DNA of 64,000 nucleotides from an uncultured Fibrobacteria bacterium (GTDB lineage Bacteria; Fibrobacterota; Fibrobacteria; UBA11236): NCBI GenBank assembly GCA_963716395.1, contig OY970309.1, positions 736,001 to 800,000 of the forward strand, read 5' to 3'. Shown piece by piece: positions 58,839 to 64,000 of this stretch (position 1 is its first letter; each line of letters starts with the position of its first letter). The notes under the pieces were generated by a model. It saw only the letters and a program-made list of their open reading frames with translations, ran no database searches and was not told where the DNA came from. The position numbers and the translations under genes were made by a program.

Positions 58839-61460
58839 ATGACCGCGACATCCACAACCATCGCCTCCGCACTGCCCCGCATTCTGCCGTGCGTGAAAAA
58901 TCCCGGCCGCTACATCGGCGGCGAAGCCAATCAAATCGTGAAAGACCCGGCTGCGGTGCTGGCCTCCATCGCCTTGGTTTTTCCCGACGCCTATGAGCTC
59001 GGCATGTCGCATAACGGCACCAAGATCCTGTACCACCTGTTCAACCGTGAAGCCGACCTGGCGGCCGAACGCGCTTTCGCGCCCATGCCCGATATGGCCG
59101 AAGCCTTGCGGCAGGCGGGTTTGCCGCTGTACACCCTGGAATCGTACCGCTCCATCGCGGCCTTCACGGCCGTGGGTATCTCGCTGCAAACCGAACTCAA
59201 TTACACCAATGTCCCCTATGTCCTGGAACTGGGCGGACTCAAAACTTTTGCGCGCGACCGCGGAGAAGCCGACGCCTTTATCATCGGCGGCGGGCCGTGC
59301 ATGGCCAACCCCGAACCCGTGGCCGACTTCTTCGACCTCTTTGTCATCGGCGACGGCGAAGGGTTGGCGCCGCGCCTGCTGCGCCTTCTGGGACAAGGTC
59401 GCCGCGAAGGCAAAGCGAAAGAATCCATCCTGCGCGAGGCGGCGGCTTTGACCGGCGTGTACGTGCCGCGGTTTTTGGCCACCACGCGCAACGCCCGCGG
59501 CGAAATCGTGCCGGTGATCGAAGGCTCGCAGGGCCCATATCTCCGGGCCAAAAGCATTAAGCGGCATTGGGTCGAAAAGCTCGATCCCGCCGACACGCCG
59601 GTGCGCAACCTGGTGCCGCATACCCAGCTCGTGCATGATCGCTTTTCCGTGGAAGTGATGCGCGGCTGCACCCAGGGTTGCCGTTTTTGCCAGGCCGGTT
59701 ATTGGTATCGCCCCAACCGCGAACTGCCGGCCGACGACGTCATCGACCTGGCGCGGCAAGGCATGGCGGCCACGGGCGAACGCGAGCTCGGGTTGTTGTC
59801 GCTGTCGACGGCCGACTACCAACCCATCGAGCAGGTGCTCGACGCGCTCGTCGACCGCGAAGAATTCGACGGCGTGGATTTGTCGCTCCCGTCGCTGCGC
59901 GCCAACAGCTTCGGCCAGGGGCTGGCGCGCAAAGCCGCGGCCTTGACCGGCGGCAAAAGCAGCACCTTCGCGCCCGAGACCGGCTCGGAGCGCATCCGCC
60001 GCATGATCAACAAAACCATCAGCGACGACGACATGCGCGCCGCCGCTGAAGCCGTATTCCAAAGCGGTTTCCGCAACATCAAACTCTACACCATGATCGG
60101 CTTCCCCACCGAAACCCTGGAAGACATGGAAGCCTTCTGCGGGCTGATCCGCGACCTGTATGCCATCGCCCGCAAATACGGACCCCGCAACACCGTGCAC
60201 GCCAACATCGGCATTCTGGTGCCCAAACCGGTGACGCCCATGCAATGGGTCGCGTTCGTCGACTCCGCCACGGCCGAGAAACATATCCGTTACGTGCGCG
60301 AAGCCTTTCGCAAAACCCCGGGCGTGCGCATCACCTGGGCCGATTACGGCCTGGCCCGGGTCGAAAGCTTTTACTCGCGCGGCGACCGCAGCCTGTCGGC
60401 CCTCATCGACGCCGCCTACCGCCGCGGCCAGGTATTCGAGTCGTTCTCCGAGCATTTCGATTTCGCGGGCTGGGAAAAAATCTGGGAAGAGCACGGCTAT
60501 GATGCGGCCCGGTTCGAAGCCGCGCGCGCGCTGGACGAAGTGTTTCCCTGGGATTTCATCCATGCCGGCGCCAACAAAGGCTTTCTCAAAAACGAGTACA
60601 AGAAAATGTTCCAGGCCGACGCCGCGCCCGTACCCGACTGCAAATGGGGCGCGTGCCAGAAATGCGGCATTCCCGGCAACGGCCTCGACACGCAACTGTC
60701 GCCGAAACCGCAGCGTTACCCGGCCCCGAACCGGGATCCCGCCGCCATCGCGGCCTTGGCGGCCGAACGCCAGGCGCGCCGCGGAACTTCGTCTGCGTAT
60801 TTGCTTCTGTATGCGAAGACCGGGTTGGCGCGTTTCCTCGCGCATCAGAACACCTTGGATTTGTTCGTCAAAGCCTTTCGACGCCTGGGCGCGCCCCTGC
60901 GCTTGTCCTCAGGCTTCAACCCGCGCCCCTTGATCAAGAATACCGGCGCCTTGCCTCTGGGCTTGGCCGCGCGCAAAGAGCCGCTGGTGATCGAACTCGA
61001 CCGGGCCTTGCCCGGCGATCCCGAATCCTGGTGCGAACGGCTCACGGCCTGTATGCCGCAAGGCCTGGAAGTGACGGGGCTCGAAGCCTTGCCGGCGCCG
61101 CGCGTGCCCGTGGTTGAAAGCGTGCTCTACCGCCTGTCGCGCGCCTGGAGCGGCGGCGCGCCCGCTTTGGAAGCGGCCTGGGAGCGGTATCAGGCGGGCG
61201 AAGTGGCGGCGGGTTCGCATCGCGAAAAAATTCTCGACCTTTACGCCGAAGCCTTGGAGGTGTATTTGCAAGACGGCGATTTGTGCCTGCGCCTCAAAAC
61301 TCAGCCCAGCGGCTCCACCGTGAGCCCATTCGCCGCCTTCGGCCTTTTGCTCGACGTCGATGCCGAGGCGTTGCGTGGCGAACCGGTGGCGAAAGAAGAT
61401 TTCGCCGTGCGCGTAGGTTCGCATCGGTTAAGCGCCGTTCCGATGGCGGCGTCGCGGTGA
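58839..61460 (+). CDS. TIGR03960 B12-binding radical SAM protein fused to a TIGR03936/DUF2344 domain
   Basis: PGRYIGGE, FPDAYELGMS, EVMRGCTQGCRFCQAG, TFAPETGSER; C-terminal YAKTG..RFLAH...SGFNPRP. Confidence 0.92.
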   Translation: MTATSTTIASALPRILPCVKNPGRYIGGEANQIVKDPAAVLASIALVFPDAYELGMSHNGTKILYHLFNREADLAAERAFAPMPDMAEALRQAGLPLYTLESYRSIAAFTAVGISLQTELNYTNVPYVLELGGLKTFARDRGEADAFIIGGGPCMANPEPVADFFDLFVIGDGEGLAPRLLRLLGQGRREGKAKESILREAAALTGVYVPRFLATTRNARGEIVPVIEGSQGPYLRAKSIKRHWVEKLDPADTPVRNLVPHTQLVHDRFSVEVMRGCTQGCRFCQAGYWYRPNRELPADDVIDLARQGMAATGERELGLLSLSTADYQPIEQVLDALVDREEFDGVDLSLPSLRANSFGQGLARKAAALTGGKSSTFAPETGSERIRRMINKTISDDDMRAAAEAVFQSGFRNIKLYTMIGFPTETLEDMEAFCGLIRDLYAIARKYGPRNTVHANIGILVPKPVTPMQWVAFVDSATAEKHIRYVREAFRKTPGVRITWADYGLARVESFYSRGDRSLSALIDAAYRRGQVFESFSEHFDFAGWEKIWEEHGYDAARFEAARALDEVFPWDFIHAGANKGFLKNEYKKMFQADAAPVPDCKWGACQKCGIPGNGLDTQLSPKPQRYPAPNRDPAAIAALAAERQARRGTSSAYLLLYAKTGLARFLAHQNTLDLFVKAFRRLGAPLRLSSGFNPRPLIKNTGALPLGLAARKEPLVIELDRALPGDPESWCERLTACMPQGLEVTGLEALPAPRVPVVESVLYRLSRAWSGGAPALEAAWERYQAGEVAAGSHREKILDLYAEALEVYLQDGDLCLRLKTQPSGSTVSPFAAFGLLLDVDAEALRGEPVAKEDFAVRVGSHRLSAVPMAASR

Positions 61461-61771
61461 ATTTTCCGACCGATGGCGCAGGTGTGGACGCCGCCCTGGC
61501 GCGCCTGGATTCCCTGATCGACCAGACCGCGGATGCGGAAAAGCTGCGCGCGGGCCTGGGCATGCGCTTGGCGCTATCGATGGCGCGGGAAATGCGCGCC
61601 GGCAAACCCCTCGGCAGCGGCACGGCGGACCTGGTTGCGGAATGGGCCGAGCGTTTCGGCAGCGAAACCGTGGATGCGGCCGTGGCCATTGCGCGCGCGT
61701 TTCTGACCCAGCCGAGCGAATTAGCCAAGGAATTCGCCGCGCGCTTGGGGATGGAGCCTCCGCCCGCGTGA
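61457..61771 (+). CDS. Hypothetical protein
   Basis: GTGA overlaps with both neighbours; 104 aa helical ORF. Confidence 0.7.
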   Translation: MNFPTDGAGVDAALARLDSLIDQTADAEKLRAGLGMRLALSMAREMRAGKPLGSGTADLVAEWAERFGSETVDAAVAIARAFLTQPSELAKEFAARLGMEPPPA

Positions 61772-62643
61772 GCCTGCGCGCCGTGATCGACATCGGCACC
61801 AACTCGGCCTTGCTTCTCATCGGCCGCATAAACGGCGCAAAATTGATCCCCGTCGCGCAACGCATCGCCACCCCGCGCATAGGCCGGGGCGTGGCGGCTA
61901 CGGGGCGCATCGACCCCGCCGCGTTTGCGGATTTGACGGCTGTGTTGGCCGGGTTTCAGGCCGAGATTCGATCGCAGGACGCGGACTTAGCGGCAGTGGC
62001 CGCCACCGAAGCCTTTCGCCGCGCCGCGAACGGCGCGGAATTGCTCGACGCCTTGTCCCGACAATTGGGCGTGCCTTGCCGCATTCTGAGCGGCGAAGCG
62101 GAAGCGCGGCTTGCTTATCAGGGCGTGCGTTCGCTGTATTCCGATCCCGATTTGTGGGTGCTTGACATCGGCGGCGGCAGCACCGAAGTGAATGCCGGAT
62201 CGTGGGGCCGATCTCTGCCCGTCGGCGCGGTGAATATGACCGAACGATTCGCATCGGATTCCGATGCCGCCCTGCAAGCCGCGGCCGAAGCCTTTTCCGT
62301 TTTGCCTAAGCCTTCGCCCGGCGCGGCTTTGGTGGCCGTGGGCGGCACGGCCTCGGCCCTGGCCCTGCTCGAACAGGGCTTGTCGACGTTCGACGCCGAA
62401 CGCGTGGAAGGCTTCACCGCCACTGTGGACAGGGTGCGGCGTTGGCGGCGCGAATTGTATGTGATGTCGGTTGCAGATCGAAATAAATTGCCGGGACTCG
62501 AAACCGGCCGGGGCGAAATCCTTCCCGCGGGCCTCACGCTTTGCGAAGCCTTTCTGGAGCATACGGGCTTCGCCGCGTTGCGCGTTTCGGATCGCGGCTT
62601 GCGCTACGGCCTGCTTTGGGAAAGCGGGAAGGCAACGCCATGA
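61768..62643 (+). CDS. ppx: Ppx/GppA family phosphatase
   Basis: VIDIGTNS, ATEAFR, SGEAEA, DIGGGSTE, GGTA, GLRYG. Confidence 0.9.
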   Translation: MSLRAVIDIGTNSALLLIGRINGAKLIPVAQRIATPRIGRGVAATGRIDPAAFADLTAVLAGFQAEIRSQDADLAAVAATEAFRRAANGAELLDALSRQLGVPCRILSGEAEARLAYQGVRSLYSDPDLWVLDIGGGSTEVNAGSWGRSLPVGAVNMTERFASDSDAALQAAAEAFSVLPKPSPGAALVAVGGTASALALLEQGLSTFDAERVEGFTATVDRVRRWRRELYVMSVADRNKLPGLETGRGEILPAGLTLCEAFLEHTGFAALRVSDRGLRYGLLWESGKATP

Positions 62644-63413
62644 GGCTCAACCGCTATCTGGCCTGGTGCGGCCTGGGCAGCCGCCGCGCCGTGGAGCAGT
62701 TGATTCGCGCGGGCCGCGTGCGGGTGAACGGCGAAGACGCGGATTTGGCACAGGCCGTGGTTGATGGCGACCGCGTCGAAGTGGATGAGAAACCCGTATA
62801 CCCGCCATCCGAGCCGGTGTACGGCATGCTGAACAAGCCCGTCGGGGTGTTGTGTTCGCGCGGCGACACGCATGGACGCACCACGGTCTATCACCTCCTG
62901 CCCAAAGATTGGCGCGCCCTGCATTCGGTGGGCCGCCTCGATCGCGACAGCCGGGGTTTGCTGCTCTTCACCAATGACGGCGCGCTGACGCAGGGCTTGA
63001 CCCATCCCCGCCACGGCGTGCTGCGCACCTATGCCGTGCGCACCGCCGCGCCGCTGTCGGAAGACGATCAGCGTCGCCTGCGGCAAGGCGTTGAAGTGGA
63101 ACCCGGAGTGATTTTTCAATGCGCCACCCTGCGCCTCGGGAACGAAGGCTTTGAACTCGGTTTGCGCGAAGGGAAAAAGCGCGAAATCCGGCGGCTGTTG
63201 GCGTCGCTGGGACACAGGGTGGTAGACTTGAGACGAATCGCGTTTGGCGGAGTCGAACTTGGAAATTTGCCGGAGGGGGCTTCGCGCCTCCTGTCCCGCG
63301 ACGAGGTGGAAATTTTGCGTCAGGCCGCCGCCCTGGACGCCGCTGCTGCTGTTGTTGTGGCCGGCGCTGCCCGGCCGCGGCGCCGACCGGTCGGACGCAA
63401 CCGGCACCGTTAG
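62640..63413 (+). CDS. rRNA pseudouridine synthase (RsuA/RluB family)
   Basis: S4 domain RLNRYLA..G..SRR; LNKPVG, VGRLDRDSRGLLLFTNDG, EGKKREIRR. Confidence 0.95.
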   Translation: MRLNRYLAWCGLGSRRAVEQLIRAGRVRVNGEDADLAQAVVDGDRVEVDEKPVYPPSEPVYGMLNKPVGVLCSRGDTHGRTTVYHLLPKDWRALHSVGRLDRDSRGLLLFTNDGALTQGLTHPRHGVLRTYAVRTAAPLSEDDQRRLRQGVEVEPGVIFQCATLRLGNEGFELGLREGKKREIRRLLASLGHRVVDLRRIAFGGVELGNLPEGASRLLSRDEVEILRQAAALDAAAAVVVAGAARPRRRPVGRNRHR

Positions 63414-63447
63414 CGCACCCGTCTTTCTCGCCCTTCCTGAAACCGGC

Positions 63448-64000
63448 GTGTTACGTCACGCCCAGATGCGCCTGAGCGGCGACATGCTGTATTACAACAC
63501 CCAGGCCCTTCCCACCGGCGCCGATTCGGGCGATACGGCGGCTTCCCCGATGCTCCATTATCAGGGCAACCTGGCCTTCGGGTTCGAAAACCGCGCCGAA
63601 CTTTCGTTTCAATACGGCCGGGGATTTTCCCTGGGCCTCAAGGCCTTGCTGCTGGAAGAGGACGCCTATCTGCCCGACGTGGTGTTCGGCATCCGCAACC
63701 TGTTCGAAAGCCAGGAAGCCTATCTGTATGGCTTGCCCGATTCGCTGAACAAAAGCATGCGCGGAGAAACCTTTTTCGGCGCGGCCAAGCATCTGAGCCC
63801 GAACACCCGGCTGACCTTGGGCGCGTCGCTGCTCAACGGCGCCAATAAAAGCCCGGTGGGATTTTACGGCGGGTTGGAATGGAGTCTGGGCGCGGACGCC
63901 GTGGCTTCGTATGAAGTTTTCGAACGCTTTTCCGATTTCCATCAATTGCTGGGCCTGTCCTGGCGGATGCAGAATCTGTTTTCGCTGACCGTGGCGCTGT
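63448..64000 (+). CDS. Putative outer-membrane beta-barrel protein (YjbH-like), partial; runs off window end
   Basis: Open frame to the window end: ALPETGVLRHAQMRLSG...RAELSFQYG...LGLKALLLEEDAYLPDVVFGIRNL, alternating beta-strand pattern. True start is probably upstream, inside the previous gene. Confidence 0.6.
   Translation, partial: MLRHAQMRLSGDMLYYNTQALPTGADSGDTAASPMLHYQGNLAFGFENRAELSFQYGRGFSLGLKALLLEEDAYLPDVVFGIRNLFESQEAYLYGLPDSLNKSMRGETFFGAAKHLSPNTRLTLGASLLNGANKSPVGFYGGLEWSLGADAVASYEVFERFSDFHQLLGLSWRMQNLFSLTVAL

Noticed and set aside
58626-60845. 739 aa minus-strand ORF and other long antisense ORFs (e.g. 5282-6769, 15685-17205)
   Set aside because: Shadow frames of high-GC genes that are clearly identified on the opposite strand.
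1-64000. CRISPR array, tRNA/rRNA, integrase or transposase
   Set aside because: No regularly spaced repeats, cloverleaf signatures or recombinase motifs were seen by eye.

Overview
High-GC bacterial chromosomal segment, most consistent with a Fibrobacterota-like organism. That assignment is an inference from the SecDF fusion, a TtpB/TtpC-type TonB operon, a secreted GH43 with a short basic C-terminal tail and a Fibrobacter-type LexA-like box. The housekeeping backbone comprises trpBA with chorismate mutase, metK-ahcY, uvrA, a cyclophilin-FKBP PPIase, folE2, secDF, aroC, a TonB/ExbBD operon, a TIGR03960 radical SAM protein, ppx and a pseudouridine synthase. Accessory blocks: (1) an MNT-HEPN toxin-antitoxin pair coupled to trpB, followed by decayed duplicates of both neighbouring gene ends; (2) RND and EmrAB-TolC efflux operons; (3) an about 9 kb island after uvrA with two related MITE-like elements, two sigma28-promoter-bearing Q/S-rich small genes, an MMPL transporter and a four-gene operon (ToxC-like WD40, FMN reductase, ToxD-like FGE-domain protein, ATP-grasp), which looks like a rewired toxoflavin/azapteridine-type pathway and is the best candidate for an undescribed system; (4) a partial Weimberg pentose-oxidation operon; (5) a geranylgeranyl reductase-ferredoxin pair between a vapC relic and a DUF4258/DUF2283 TA pair. 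No rRNA, tRNA, CRISPR array, transposase or integrase was recognised. All family calls come from motif recognition, not from database searches.
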